Sequence record: NC_042081.1
DNA: 64,000 nucleotides
Strand: one strand, 5' to 3'
Every line of letters begins with the position of its first letter. Within the stretch, counting starts at the first letter, position 1. Of this stretch, positions 1 to 9,258 are shown in pieces. Under the pieces are notes generated by a model. The model was not told the DNA's origin. It did no database searches and was given only the letters and a program-made list of their open reading frames with translations. The position numbers and the translations under genes were made by a program.

Positions 1-116
1 GTCCATCCTAAGTCTGGTGTACCTAGATCAGGTAAATGTTTTAAAACCCCATTGCGTATAAAGGGTTTTCCATATTCTAGTGTGACTTCATGAAAAGAAG
101 AACCATAGATTTTCAT
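1..116 (-). CDS. Partial hypothetical protein running off the window start (MKIYGSSFHEVTLEYGKP...)
   Basis: Manual translation; ATG at 116 preceded by GGTGGT; open to the window edge. Confidence 0.4.
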   Translation of the reverse strand, partial: MKIYGSSFHEVTLEYGKPFIRNGVLKHLPDLGTPDLGW

Positions 117-276
117 ACAACCACCATGCGTTTTAATTCATAGGGTTAGTATGTTTAGTACTGTTTGAATTTTATTTCATTACAGATGATCGCTTTGTTA
201 TGACTGGTGTTTGAATATTTTAGACTAGTTTCAATAAATGCTTTCTTTTTCATATATACACTTACGCAAAATAAAT

Positions 277-299
277 AGGGACTCTCATTAAGAGTCCCT
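277..299 (-). terminator. Intrinsic terminator hairpin
   Basis: agggactct-catta-agagtccct directly downstream of the 305..637 stop. Confidence 0.7.
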
Positions 300-304
300 T
301 AATG

Positions 305-637
305 TTAAACGAATAATAACTCCAGTACTAATACTGGAAATTTATGCCGATATTGTGGATGTACATACGTATGAAATTTATGTGTACCTAAATGAAATTC
401 AACGTATAATACAATAAAATCTTTAGCTGCATTTCGATCATGTACATAAATAGTGAGTATTTCACCATCATCATCTTTCTTACGTCCATAATCAAAATAG
501 TAATTTTTGTTATCAGCTATCCCTTCAGCATTTAATTGAATGCCTCTTACATCGACAACATTTAAACTAGAATCTTCATCAAATAAAGATCTAGTGCTGC
601 CATGGTAAACCATTAATGGATCTAATTGAATCTGCAT
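305..637 (-). CDS. Hypothetical protein, beta-rich (110 aa)
   Basis: ORF track; RBS-like AGGA upstream; terminator follows. Confidence 0.75.
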   Translation of the reverse strand: MQIQLDPLMVYHGSTRSLFDEDSSLNVVDVRGIQLNAEGIADNKNYYFDYGRKKDDDGEILTIYVHDRNAAKDFIVLYVEFHLGTHKFHTYVHPQYRHKFPVLVLELLFV

Positions 638-706
638 GTGTTAGTCCTCTACTATGTAGTGAGGCACATGCCTCACTTATATTTTTTTTAATTTTCATAT
701 TAATGA

Positions 707-1054
707 TCAATTAAAGTTAACAGTGCTATAAGCTTTACCTAAAGCTGTAAATAGTTCTTCATTAAGTTCATCAAATTCTAACCAACCATTCATTTCACCT
801 AAGATAGTTTTAACAATCGTAAGATTAACAATCTCAGAGCTAGGAATGATATCTCGAATTCGCTCATGGAAATTGACTACTTGCTGAATACTTACTTTAG
901 TATCATTGACTGAGATATCATCATCAGTTAACTTATTAATAGCCATCATCGCTATACGTGAGAATAGATCAGTATGTTCTTCCTTAACAATTTCCCATGC
1001 TGCATTAAAGGAGTCAAGAACATCTAGATCATCAGAATTTAGTTGCTTTTGCAT
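707..1054 (-). CDS. Hypothetical acidic helical protein (115 aa)
   Basis: ORF track; GAGG RBS. Confidence 0.8.
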   Translation of the reverse strand: MQKQLNSDDLDVLDSFNAAWEIVKEEHTDLFSRIAMMAINKLTDDDISVNDTKVSIQQVVNFHERIRDIIPSSEIVNLTIVKTILGEMNGWLEFDELNEELFTALGKAYSTVNFN

Positions 1055-1077
1055 TTTAACCTCTTAAACATTATAAC

Positions 1078-1112
1078 ACATATACCCCACAACATAAGTC
1101 ATGGAGTATATG
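1078..1112 (-). terminator. Hairpin, probable terminator
   Basis: 12-bp stem with G-U pairs only on the minus strand (catatactccat/gtggggtatatg). Confidence 0.5.
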
Positions 1113-1156
1113 CCTCGAAAGGTACGTAATAGAAATACTACTACATAGTATTGTAT

Positions 1157-1627
1157 TTACTCATTAATAACAGATACTTTGTTATTCTCAGCTTTACTTT
1201 TAGCCGATAGCGCTAAATAGAGACAACTATACCAAGTGAAGTAGTCTCTTGGGAAATAGCCCTTTAAAAAAGTAGCCATATTTTTAGCACACGCTTTATT
1301 AATATTCTTATTAATGATTTTCCTCTCATTCATTATTTTACAAGCTAACAATGAATAATGTAGTTGATTATTAGTACTTAGGTCTTCAAGGAATAGTTCT
1401 TTCACTGCTTGTGGCTTAGAACTTAGACACATTATAATTTCTTGAACAATATAGTCATTCGTCACTGAATGAATGAGTTCAAGATAGAGTGAAAGATTAA
1501 TTGAATACAGGTCTTGTTTATTATTGAAAATGTACCCATTTCTATCTAATGTAACTAATTTCTTATATGTGGGAGACATCTTTTCATTAACTATTTTATA
1601 AAAAAGACTAATCACTAATTTAATCAT
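1157..1627 (-). CDS. Hypothetical protein (156 aa)
   Basis: ORF track; ATGA overlap with 1624..2757. Confidence 0.75.
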   Translation of the reverse strand: MIKLVISLFYKIVNEKMSPTYKKLVTLDRNGYIFNNKQDLYSINLSLYLELIHSVTNDYIVQEIIMCLSSKPQAVKELFLEDLSTNNQLHYSLLACKIMNERKIINKNINKACAKNMATFLKGYFPRDYFTWYSCLYLALSAKSKAENNKVSVINE

Positions 1628-2757
1628 TTTAATAAACTTCCATCTACTCTATAAAAACCATGGACATCACGTTTACCATTTAGACTAGGTATCTCATATG
1701 GATCAGTTGATGGATTTATCAGTTTGATTTTGCATTTATCTAAACGATCACGCAAGCTGATATTACCAGATAATGTTAAACCACGATACTGAATATCGAC
1801 ATTATCTAAATCAACAATGAGCGTACTAAGCTCCCCATTTGTTAAGTATGGTACCACAACCGAGTCAATTACTTTTGCAATTGTTTTAGCTTCAATATGT
1901 ATCCAGTTTCCAATATGATTAACAATCTCTGGAAACTTATCTAGATTTAATGTGATGCTATAGTCACACCTAATTTTGATAATTCCATTACTTGACCAAT
2001 AATGCATTGCACTATTGATGCCACCTAGATGATTCTCCATAGGTGTGAACTTTAGCCGTCCATTGAAATCTATAAGCACTTTTGAGTTATCACACGCATC
2101 AACTATTCTTGACCGATACATAAACATATTAAGTAGTTTTCTATTGATAGCCACAGTTGTACCATTAGTTAGTTCAACTACGACGATATCACCATCTGCT
2201 TCATAAGACTCTACAATTAGAGTTATTGGGTTACTATCAAATTTGGAATTATCAGATAACCCATCCATCACAATCTTGTAATTACTATTAACTGATTTAA
2301 CTTGATCTATTAAAGATGGATCAATGAAATCCTTAGTGAGTGATTTTGATGTGAAAATTACAGCCACATTTAGATCACTATTGATTGGTGTATTTAAAGG
2401 TAAGTATTGTTCATTAGAAAAATAGAATAATTTAAGATCTTCTATATCAGTTAGATTAATAATATCTAATGAATTATTAGTTACTTTATACATGAATGAA
2501 TCAAAATTTTGTTCAACAAAATAAATCATCCATGTCTTAGTTTCTTTGGTATAATAACCCCATGCTAAACTTCGATCATGTAATTTACCAGATAGCATTC
2601 CTGTGAAGTAACCTGACAAAATATCAATTTTATCAACATCTACATTTTCTCTGATGTATTTATCATTTAGATCAGCTATCTTTTGTTCTAATGTATCTAC
2701 CTTTTTTGGTTTGTTAAAACTATCAATAACATTTTTTAAGTACTTAAATATAATCAT
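1624..2757 (-). CDS. Hypothetical protein (377 aa)
   Basis: Long ORF; AAGG RBS; no recognisable motif. Confidence 0.85.
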   Translation of the reverse strand: MIIFKYLKNVIDSFNKPKKVDTLEQKIADLNDKYIRENVDVDKIDILSGYFTGMLSGKLHDRSLAWGYYTKETKTWMIYFVEQNFDSFMYKVTNNSLDIINLTDIEDLKLFYFSNEQYLPLNTPINSDLNVAVIFTSKSLTKDFIDPSLIDQVKSVNSNYKIVMDGLSDNSKFDSNPITLIVESYEADGDIVVVELTNGTTVAINRKLLNMFMYRSRIVDACDNSKVLIDFNGRLKFTPMENHLGGINSAMHYWSSNGIIKIRCDYSITLNLDKFPEIVNHIGNWIHIEAKTIAKVIDSVVVPYLTNGELSTLIVDLDNVDIQYRGLTLSGNISLRDRLDKCKIKLINPSTDPYEIPSLNGKRDVHGFYRVDGSLLK

Positions 2758-2788
2758 AAATTACCTTTTGAGTATAAACACGGAATAA

Positions 2789-2808
2789 AAGCGGTGTACA
2801 CACCGCTT
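2789..2808 (-). terminator. Intrinsic terminator hairpin
   Basis: aagcggtg-taca-caccgctt at the end of 2807..3106. Confidence 0.65.
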
Positions 2809-3106
2809 ATTGTTCAAATTTGATTTTGATATATCCACCACCAACATTAGGCTGCTTAGGTCTTAGCCATCCTAGATTAAGATCCATATTCAAAACAAAC
2901 GTATACGCTGTTACTCCATTTTCATCATCAACACTAATGGAGTGCCATCCATCATGATTTTGATCTTTAAGAGAATGGATTTTGGGATATAGTTGATTAT
3001 GATTCAAATCAAATACTGTAACATCTCCAATTGATATAATTGGATAACCGCGAGATCCTAAATGATGGGCTCCTCTGCGGTCCAGTGAAATAATAGCTTC
3101 GTTCAC
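2807..3106 (-). CDS. Hypothetical early protein (99 aa, GTG start)
   Basis: GAGG RBS; early promoter upstream. Confidence 0.75.
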   Translation of the reverse strand: MNEAIISLDRRGAHHLGSRGYPIISIGDVTVFDLNHNQLYPKIHSLKDQNHDGWHSISVDDENGVTAYTFVLNMDLNLGWLRPKQPNVGGGYIKIKFEQ

Positions 3107-3150
3107 GATAATTACCTCATGTAGATGTTTCCATTAGTATATGCTAATCT

Positions 3151-3167
3151 ATAATGTAGATCTCAAA
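3151..3167 (-). promoter_or_regulatory. Early (virion RNAP) promoter variant
   Basis: TTTGAGATCTACATTAT; matches the TT[TA][GA]AGAT.TATATTAC pattern seen at other sites. Confidence 0.6.
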
Positions 3168-3183
3168 TAAAATTTAGTGCAAT

Positions 3184-3205
3184 AGCCCTCCCCGAAGGGA
3201 GGGCT
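3184..3205 (-). terminator. Terminator with C(UUCG)G tetraloop
   Basis: Minus strand agccctccc-ttcg-gggagggct. Confidence 0.85.
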
Positions 3206-3216
3206 TTATGACAACA

Positions 3217-3447
3217 TTACCGCTTACTCATTATCGCAGCTAGTTCAACTTTAAATAATGCTTCTTCGACTTTACGAGAAATAGCATTTATTTGAACACG
3301 TTTATTATTTTCACGATCTAATGCAATTGTATTTTTTCGTGTACAATAATCGTGTAAACCCAGTTGTCGCCTAACATAGAAAATAACAATTAATTTCAAA
3401 ACACGAATATATCTCATAACGCGCTTGAACATTTTATAAATCCTCAA
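3217..3447 (-). CDS. Small basic hypothetical protein (76 aa; start uncertain)
   Basis: ORF track; packed between neighbours. Confidence 0.65.
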   Translation of the reverse strand: MRIYKMFKRVMRYIRVLKLIVIFYVRRQLGLHDYCTRKNTIALDRENNKRVQINAISRKVEEALFKVELAAIMSKR

Positions 3448-3451
3448 TAAT

Positions 3452-3643
3452 TTAAGGAATTGCTTTTAAAGCTTCTTCGCGTTCAGCTAAAAGCTTATCA
3501 TATTGTATTTGTAATCGGTTAATTTCCGCACGAGTTAATTTTGTCTTAGCATTAGGTTTCAACTTATGGTTAATATCAACGGTAATACCATGGTACCTAA
3601 ATAGAGCTTCCATTTTGGCTATTTTCTTTTCAATATCATCCAT
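3452..3643 (-). CDS. Small coiled-coil hypothetical protein (63 aa)
   Basis: ORF track; GGA RBS. Confidence 0.7.
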   Translation of the reverse strand: MDDIEKKIAKMEALFRYHGITVDINHKLKPNAKTKLTRAEINRLQIQYDKLLAEREEALKAIP

Positions 3644-3674
3644 AGCTAAAATCCAAAAAAAATAATAATGACTA

Positions 3675-3694
3675 AGGGGACCAGAAGGTCCCCT
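3675..3694 (-). terminator. Intrinsic terminator hairpin
   Basis: aggggacc-agaa-ggtcccct just downstream of the 3701..4177 stop. Confidence 0.8.
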
Positions 3695-3700
3695 ATATCG

Positions 3701-4177
3701 TTAGGCAGTAATAGCGCGGCGGAAGACTGAATCAAACTCTTCCTGGTATGCTTTAATCAGCTTTGCAGTTTCTTCACAAATGGTATTATTACCATAAAAT
3801 GCATCTGCAAAAGATTCTTGCTTACGTACTTCACAACCGAATAGCTCAAGACCATTTTTTGCTAGCTCAACTTTGAACTTAGCTAATTCGGTCATACCAA
3901 TTGGTTTGGCCCGCCCTTCTTCGATACCATTTTCTTTTAGTTTAATATTATCACATACACTGCAATGACGAACATCTTTTTGTTTGTTCTTACGGAAGTT
4001 AGGACTTGATTTAGTTTGTTTTGCAGCAATGTCCATAAAGGTTTCCCTAGAATTTTTACGAACCGCAGCTTCATGATTCTTTTTAGCTCGATTTTTCTGT
4101 TTCTTCTGAACCGGCTTCGGCTGTACACCCAGCATTGAACCAAGTTCACTCCAGGAAGAAATAGTATTGCGTGACAT
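3701..4177 (-). CDS. Basic early protein with CxxC and further Cys (possible Zn/nucleic-acid binder), phiKZ gp216-like
   Basis: K/R-rich N-terminal half, HCSVCD motif, GGAG RBS, own promoter and terminator. Confidence 0.8.
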   Translation of the reverse strand: MSRNTISSWSELGSMLGVQPKPVQKKQKNRAKKNHEAAVRKNSRETFMDIAAKQTKSSPNFRKNKQKDVRHCSVCDNIKLKENGIEEGRAKPIGMTELAKFKVELAKNGLELFGCEVRKQESFADAFYGNNTICEETAKLIKAYQEEFDSVFRRAITA

Positions 4178-4216
4178 GTATTAGAATCTCCTATATATGT
4201 TGATTATATCACATTT

Positions 4217-4234
4217 GTGATATACTGTTTAAAA
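4217..4234 (-). promoter_or_regulatory. Early promoter variant overlapped by an 8-4-8 inverted repeat (4205..4224)
   Basis: TTTTAAACAGTATATCAC; TATATCAC-ATTT-GTGATATA palindrome. Confidence 0.55.
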
Positions 4235-4267
4235 TGCTTTGAATGTATAAACCACTATGTTGGTCAA

Positions 4268-4504
4268 TCATAGATAGAATGGTTCATGAATAACAACCCG
4301 ATAACGAGTGTTATATTGGTTAATTGGAAACATATGAACAATCTTAAAATGCAGTTCAGCAACCAAATTAAAGAATTCAGCATGCATGTTATCAGTTGAA
4401 ATATCAAATGAGATTGTATCATTAACTGCACAAAGTTCTGAATCAGATGCCTTTGTAATTTCAGTTAGCCGACTGACAAACTTTTCTTGGTTAGGACTAA
4501 GCAT
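4268..4504 (-). CDS. Hypothetical protein (78 aa)
   Basis: ORF track; coupled to dcd. Confidence 0.7.
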   Translation of the reverse strand: MLSPNQEKFVSRLTEITKASDSELCAVNDTISFDISTDNMHAEFFNLVAELHFKIVHMFPINQYNTRYRVVIHEPFYL

Positions 4505-4506
4505 TA

Positions 4507-5076
4507 TTAAAGTCTCGCTGTTGTGATACCAATTTGATTTTGATATTTACCATTACGTTTTGCATAACTAACTTCACATGGGGCATCACCTCTAAAGAAC
4601 ATAAACTGAGCAATACCCATATCAGCATAAATTTTTAGAGGTAGTGTAGTGCAGTTTGCAATCTCAATAACGACTTGTCCTTTGAAACCTGGTTCAATAG
4701 GAGTGACATTAACAATTGCACCTAGTCGTGCATAGGTTGATTTACCTGTGCAAATAGCTAGGACATCATCTGGAATATTAAACGATTCTACAGTATGACC
4801 AAGAATATAACTGTTAGGTGGAATAATACAATAATCACCAGTCCAATCTACTAAGAATCCATCACTAGGGTCTAATGGGTCAATAACTGCACTTGTTACA
4901 TTAGAAAAGATCTTAAAATTACGGGCTAGCCTTACATCGTATCCATATGAACTAAGCCCATAACTAATAATCTTTTTACCATCTTTTTCACGGACCTGGT
5001 GACCAATGAAATCCGTAATCATTGGTTCACGACCTTTAGATAAGTCAGTGATTGTTTTATCAGATAGAATAGCCAT
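4507..5076 (-). CDS. dcd: dCTP deaminase
   Basis: ISYGLSSYGYDVRL, CTGKSTYAR, NVTPIEPGFKG and YQNQ motifs. Confidence 0.97.
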   Translation of the reverse strand: MAILSDKTITDLSKGREPMITDFIGHQVREKDGKKIISYGLSSYGYDVRLARNFKIFSNVTSAVIDPLDPSDGFLVDWTGDYCIIPPNSYILGHTVESFNIPDDVLAICTGKSTYARLGAIVNVTPIEPGFKGQVVIEIANCTTLPLKIYADMGIAQFMFFRGDAPCEVSYAKRNGKYQNQIGITTARL

Positions 5077-5099
5077 TTTTAACTTTTCCTGTTAAGTAA

Positions 5100-5648
5100 T
5101 CATCCCCAGAATCGGGCGATGAAGTGAACACACTCCATCTTTTTAGTTTCTTCCAGGAACTTGAAATAACCATCATCCACACCATTGCTCAAAAATAGCT
5201 GGCGATAGGTTTTTTCCGAAATGACTTCACCATTAACATCTTGATCGAACATCGTTGGCTTCTGATCATAATCGAAGTTCCAGAGGTCTTCCATATTGAA
5301 GATCATTGTAAGTGGGTACCAACCATCTTCACTATAATAGGCGTACGGTGTTAGATTGTCCTGTTTGGAATTGACAATTTGTGAAAGGCGACCTTCAAAG
5401 TTGTTCCATACTGGATGCGAGTCATCACTGACGAGTGTACCAAATCCACAGCCTTTAAGAGTCGGTCGACAGAATCGGTTGGTATACTCATTATTATCGG
5501 TTAACCAATCCCAAAGATAATAGCAACGGCTAAAGTTAAGAGCCTCGCATGTATGCATGTCAATGAATTTAAGTACACGTGCACCATCTGAAGAACGTGT
5601 GGAACGTTTGGTAACTACAGGGAAAACATCAATACCCATTTTAATCAT
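5100..5648 (-). CDS. Hypothetical phage protein (182 aa)
   Basis: ORF track; resembles the family of 9973..10683. Confidence 0.8.
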   Translation of the reverse strand: MIKMGIDVFPVVTKRSTRSSDGARVLKFIDMHTCEALNFSRCYYLWDWLTDNNEYTNRFCRPTLKGCGFGTLVSDDSHPVWNNFEGRLSQIVNSKQDNLTPYAYYSEDGWYPLTMIFNMEDLWNFDYDQKPTMFDQDVNGEVISEKTYRQLFLSNGVDDGYFKFLEETKKMECVHFIARFWG

Positions 5649-5652
5649 CCAT

Positions 5653-5997
5653 TTAACAGAATTTTTCTTGACCAGGGATTTTACCGTCCATAACCTCTAG
5701 TACCCAACGACCAGTCATCAACTCACGTGCAACCTCACATGCCACCCCGCCAATCTTCTCAGCTACTTTGTCCAGCAGAATTGGATGATAGTTGTGATCA
5801 CCCATTACTGAGAACTTGCTTTCCCGTTCTATTTCAGCAAGTAAATCAGTGTCAACCCATTCAACACGCCCATCTGGATAGACAATATTAAGACCATACC
5901 ACTTACAATAGTTTTCGATGGTTACAACTGGAATGTCATAAACACCTTTAAAACACAGCGGTAACTTACGATCTGAGTAATGAATACGTTCAGTCAT
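5653..5997 (-). CDS. Hypothetical protein (114 aa)
   Basis: ORF track; ATGA overlap with the upstream gene. Confidence 0.8.
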   Translation of the reverse strand: MTERIHYSDRKLPLCFKGVYDIPVVTIENYCKWYGLNIVYPDGRVEWVDTDLLAEIERESKFSVMGDHNYHPILLDKVAEKIGGVACEVARELMTGRWVLEVMDGKIPGQEKFC

Positions 5998-6413
5998 TTG
6001 CCATTCACCAATTCAAAATAATTTTTTAGTAGATCTTCAGTTATTGGACGAGTATGTTCTTTAATCGATAATTCCTTACTGTCCATTTCAATTTCATATT
6101 CAGAAATTTGAAATTGCTTATATGGCACTGAACCATCTAACATAATGATCACATCTGCTAAGACTTGATCCACTGCACATTGCAACAAATTATTAACTTG
6201 TTGATTATCAGTAAGTGAGTAATCATTGATGGCTTTATTACGAATGTCATATAGCCTTTTACTTAAAGGTGTATTACGTTCAATATGTTCTGTTCGCCAC
6301 TCTTCTAAAATCTGTTCTGTACTTAGTTTGGATAATGACGATCCGCCAAGTTTCTTCCTAACTTCATTTTCTGAAAATGGTTTATCATGCCAGAATTGAT
6401 GATCTTGTTTCAT
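5994..6413 (-). CDS. Hypothetical protein (139 aa)
   Basis: ORF track; AAGG RBS. Confidence 0.8.
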   Translation of the reverse strand: MKQDHQFWHDKPFSENEVRKKLGGSSLSKLSTEQILEEWRTEHIERNTPLSKRLYDIRNKAINDYSLTDNQQVNNLLQCAVDQVLADVIIMLDGSVPYKQFQISEYEIEMDSKELSIKEHTRPITEDLLKNYFELVNGK

Positions 6414-6425
6414 AGTAAATCCTTT

Positions 6426-6683
6426 TTATAATTTAGAAATAGGTTTTAATACCGTATCTTTTTCATTGAATGGATTATAAACTTTATGCGGATTAATCAT
6501 CTTTAGTTGCTCATTCTTTCTTTCTAAATAAGCATCTGATGGTTTAATTGTTTTAGTTTTCCAAAAGTCATCGATTGGTTTTAACTTATCCATTTCTGAC
6601 TGTTCGTTATCAAAAGGAGTTTCCCGATTTCTTAGTCGGGTCGAATTGAATAGGAGTCGTAAACTCCCGTCGTAATTCCTCAT
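6426..6683 (-). CDS. Hypothetical protein (up to 85 aa; true start may be internal)
   Basis: ORF track; overlaps 6610..6774. Confidence 0.55.
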   Translation of the reverse strand: MRNYDGSLRLLFNSTRLRNRETPFDNEQSEMDKLKPIDDFWKTKTIKPSDAYLERKNEQLKMINPHKVYNPFNEKDTVLKPISKL

Positions 6684-6774
6684 CTAAATTCTTCTCTTGA
6701 ATTAATTTAGGAAAATGTTTTCTAACTGTTTTAATTGAAGCTATTAAATTGGAATAGGCTTTTTCTATGGACAT
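6610..6774 (-). CDS. Small ORF below the track cutoff (54 aa, MSIEKAYSNLIASIK...)
   Basis: Manual translation; GAG RBS; first ORF after the hairpin at 6801. Confidence 0.55.
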   Translation of the reverse strand: MSIEKAYSNLIASIKTVRKHFPKLIQEKNLDEELRREFTTPIQFDPTKKSGNSF

Positions 6775-6800
6775 TTTTATAACTCAAAATACATTATAAA

Positions 6801-6822
6801 GACAGTGGCTAAAACCACTGTC
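6801..6822 (-). terminator. Hairpin overlapping the stop of 6809..6934
   Basis: gacagtgg-ctaaaa-ccactgtc. Confidence 0.6.
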
Positions 6823-6934
6823 TAATTATTTCCCATAATGATCCACCTATAACTGCACTTAGAAAAAGCATTTTGAATATGGGTGGTTCTTCTTGTTCAT
6901 GTTGCATGTCTGATTTATTATTTTCGCTAGCCAT
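6809..6934 (-). CDS. 41-aa single-pass membrane microprotein (MASENNKSDMQHEQEEPPIFKMLFLSAVIGGSLWEIIRQWF)
   Basis: Manual translation; GAG RBS; hydrophobic C-terminal helix. Confidence 0.55.
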   Translation of the reverse strand: MASENNKSDMQHEQEEPPIFKMLFLSAVIGGSLWEIIRQWF

Positions 6935-6945
6935 TTTCTTTTACT

Positions 6946-7314
6946 CTAATGCCCACCATATTCTCTAATTTTCTCACCATCCCAAAACTCATAACCAGTC
7001 ATATTGTGATTAAATGGCTTTATTTTAGTAAACCCACTACGATAGATCCAGAAATGACCAGTGCCTCTTTTTAAGCGGCACTTATACATTGCTTTTTTCT
7101 CATATTCCGTGGGAGGGCTAATTTCTAGAACTTCAAGTTCATCACCCCGTATACAGAATAGCGCTGGTGGATGCTCACAGGATGCTTTCATACCGAGAAC
7201 ACCTGTTGACCAAACTGTATCACCTGGCTTAATAACAGTGATGTCATTTGATACAGGTATTACAGGAATTGCACACATATTAGATGCTCCAGAGTAATTA
7301 CCTCCAAAGAGCAA
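6946..7314 (-). CDS. Hypothetical protein, possibly SH3-like (122 aa; start uncertain)
   Basis: ORF track; IKPGDTVW-type beta pattern. Confidence 0.7.
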   Translation of the reverse strand: MLFGGNYSGASNMCAIPVIPVSNDITVIKPGDTVWSTGVLGMKASCEHPPALFCIRGDELEVLEISPPTEYEKKAMYKCRLKRGTGHFWIYRSGFTKIKPFNHNMTGYEFWDGEKIREYGGH

Positions 7315-7405
7315 ACACTGATATATTCATAGTCTGCTCTTTAGTAATATTTAAGAAGTTGGAATACTCATACTGGAGATAAACTAATGTCCATTTATAC
7401 TAATC

Positions 7406-8008
7406 TCATTGTGTATAATAATTCTTTTTGAGATTATCCATATCGTAAGAATCATGTTTGAACTCAAACTTCTTAGCTATCTCACTCGAAAAAGCTTGTT
7501 TACGTTTTTCTTCTTGTTCACGGATATCGTAAGGACCATTCTCTTTAACAAGATATTTTTTATACGGCCCAGTTCCTTGGATATATCCATCAGGAATAAT
7601 GGTTGTGAGATATTTAGCCTCTACCAACCGGATGCACCGTCCATAACCAACTTCATTGGCATGACGAACTTGGATTAGTTGTCTATTCTTGGCAATACGT
7701 TCAGATATGCATGGGAAGTAAACCGGATCATCTCCTTTTTTACAGTTACCCATATCAACCTTTGCGTACAGAATTTTTCTATGATTGGCTTCGAAGAAAG
7801 CCCGAGCTTCACGAATACGTTGGGACCGAATAGCTTCCTTAGTTCTGACATTCTTTAGATGTGCAGGTTGTAAAAAAGGATTCATCTTTCGCACGTGACG
7901 TTGGATAAGTTTTGTCGTGTAATGAGGTGAATCATTAGCCATAGCCAGTAGGCTATTGTACATCTCAATCGACATGATTACTTGCTGCGGGTCATTATTG
8001 CGCTGCAT
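7406..8008 (-). CDS. Basic hypothetical protein (200 aa)
   Basis: ORF track; GGAG RBS. Confidence 0.85.
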   Translation of the reverse strand: MQRNNDPQQVIMSIEMYNSLLAMANDSPHYTTKLIQRHVRKMNPFLQPAHLKNVRTKEAIRSQRIREARAFFEANHRKILYAKVDMGNCKKGDDPVYFPCISERIAKNRQLIQVRHANEVGYGRCIRLVEAKYLTTIIPDGYIQGTGPYKKYLVKENGPYDIREQEEKRKQAFSSEIAKKFEFKHDSYDMDNLKKNYYTQ

Positions 8009-8115
8009 GCTGATCTCCGTATGTGAAATAATGCTTTACTTTAAGGTCATCAGGATTATAAACAACACGTTGGAATTCATGTTTCTTCGCTAGTTTAAAA
8101 GCAGCTTACTTTTCC

Positions 8116-9216
8116 TTAGAAACCTACACGACTTGCTTTGCGTGGGCTACTGCAAGAACTAGTATTCAATGCTTCAGCTAAAGTAAGATTATTACCGACA
8201 AACTCAACTGGATCTAGACCATTAGCTAAACGAGCTGCAATCGCTTGTTCAGCAGTAAGTGTTTTGAAGGTAAGAATATCGAAAGCACGGCCAGGTCGAA
8301 CTAAAGCTTCATCAACATCACGAAGAGTCGGAAGATTAGTAGAAATGATAATCTTGGTCTTAGTAGATACTAGACCAGCTGTAGCATTTAATAGCCCTGA
8401 CATATTACTATTACCATCTACACGTTTAGCCACCATTTTATCAGAGTCTTCTGTAATAATGAGTGAATTATCCTCAACACCACGAATAAAATTAGTCAAA
8501 CCGGCGTGGCCAAGTACATCATCTTGATCAGCTAGATACACATTACGATCATTATAACCACGAGCCCGAATAATCTCATTGATATAATTAGACTTACCAG
8601 TACCAGGAGGACCAATCAATAGTAGAACATTAGATTCAGATGCAGCGAATTCAGTCCAGATTTCAGCTGGAGATCGATCTAGGAATGGATACATTTCCAT
8701 CATATTTGGATTGTAGTTACGAACAGAAATAACTTCACTAAAGCTATATAGTTCATTATTTTGATAGTTAACCCGAATTCTTTTAATACTAGGTGGACGA
8801 GTCTGATCAAATACTTCTTCAAAACGTAATTTAAATACTTTGATCAGTTCTTCATTGGAGTATAATCTAAAGTTCTGACTAGTGGTACCTTCCATTCCAT
8901 TCATTAGGAAACCAATGATTCCTTCATCATCTAGTAATGCAAAACCACCACTAATTCTGAATGCTTTCAGATTTAAAGGGCTTATAACTTCATCACATAG
9001 TTTGTAAATTTGTTCTTTGATGAATTCTTTTCTATCAACTCCAAAAGGATAGTAAATACGTAGATCTTCACTATCTGAACTAATTCCCTGTTCATTAAGA
9101 GTATAGCGATATGCATTGGAAATTGCACGGCCATTATCAACCTCCATAGCAATGGAGATAAAACGATCAATCCACTTCTGCTGGACTAACGTAAGTTTGC
9201 TATTACGATAATTCAT
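8116..9216 (-). CDS. AAA+ ATPase (phiKZ gp208-like)
   Basis: Walker A GPPGTGKS, Walker B IITEDSD, SRH DEALVRPGR. Confidence 0.92.
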   Translation of the reverse strand: MNYRNSKLTLVQQKWIDRFISIAMEVDNGRAISNAYRYTLNEQGISSDSEDLRIYYPFGVDRKEFIKEQIYKLCDEVISPLNLKAFRISGGFALLDDEGIIGFLMNGMEGTTSQNFRLYSNEELIKVFKLRFEEVFDQTRPPSIKRIRVNYQNNELYSFSEVISVRNYNPNMMEMYPFLDRSPAEIWTEFAASESNVLLLIGPPGTGKSNYINEIIRARGYNDRNVYLADQDDVLGHAGLTNFIRGVEDNSLIITEDSDKMVAKRVDGNSNMSGLLNATAGLVSTKTKIIISTNLPTLRDVDEALVRPGRAFDILTFKTLTAEQAIAARLANGLDPVEFVGNNLTLAEALNTSSCSSPRKASRVGF

Positions 9217-9258
9217 TTGATGTTCCTTTTCTAATTGATAATCTAATTTGAGACGATA

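Noticed and set aside
5100-8010. Locally higher GC as a sign of recent horizontal transfer
   Set aside because: Not quantified; no boundaries, att sites or mobility genes visible
8138-8527. 129-aa plus-strand ORF, and similar antisense ORFs at 7061, 17880, 31010, 31664, 32006, 34580, 36140, 57196, 59023
   Set aside because: They lie fully antisense to well-supported genes, have Ser/Leu-rich shadow composition and no RBS
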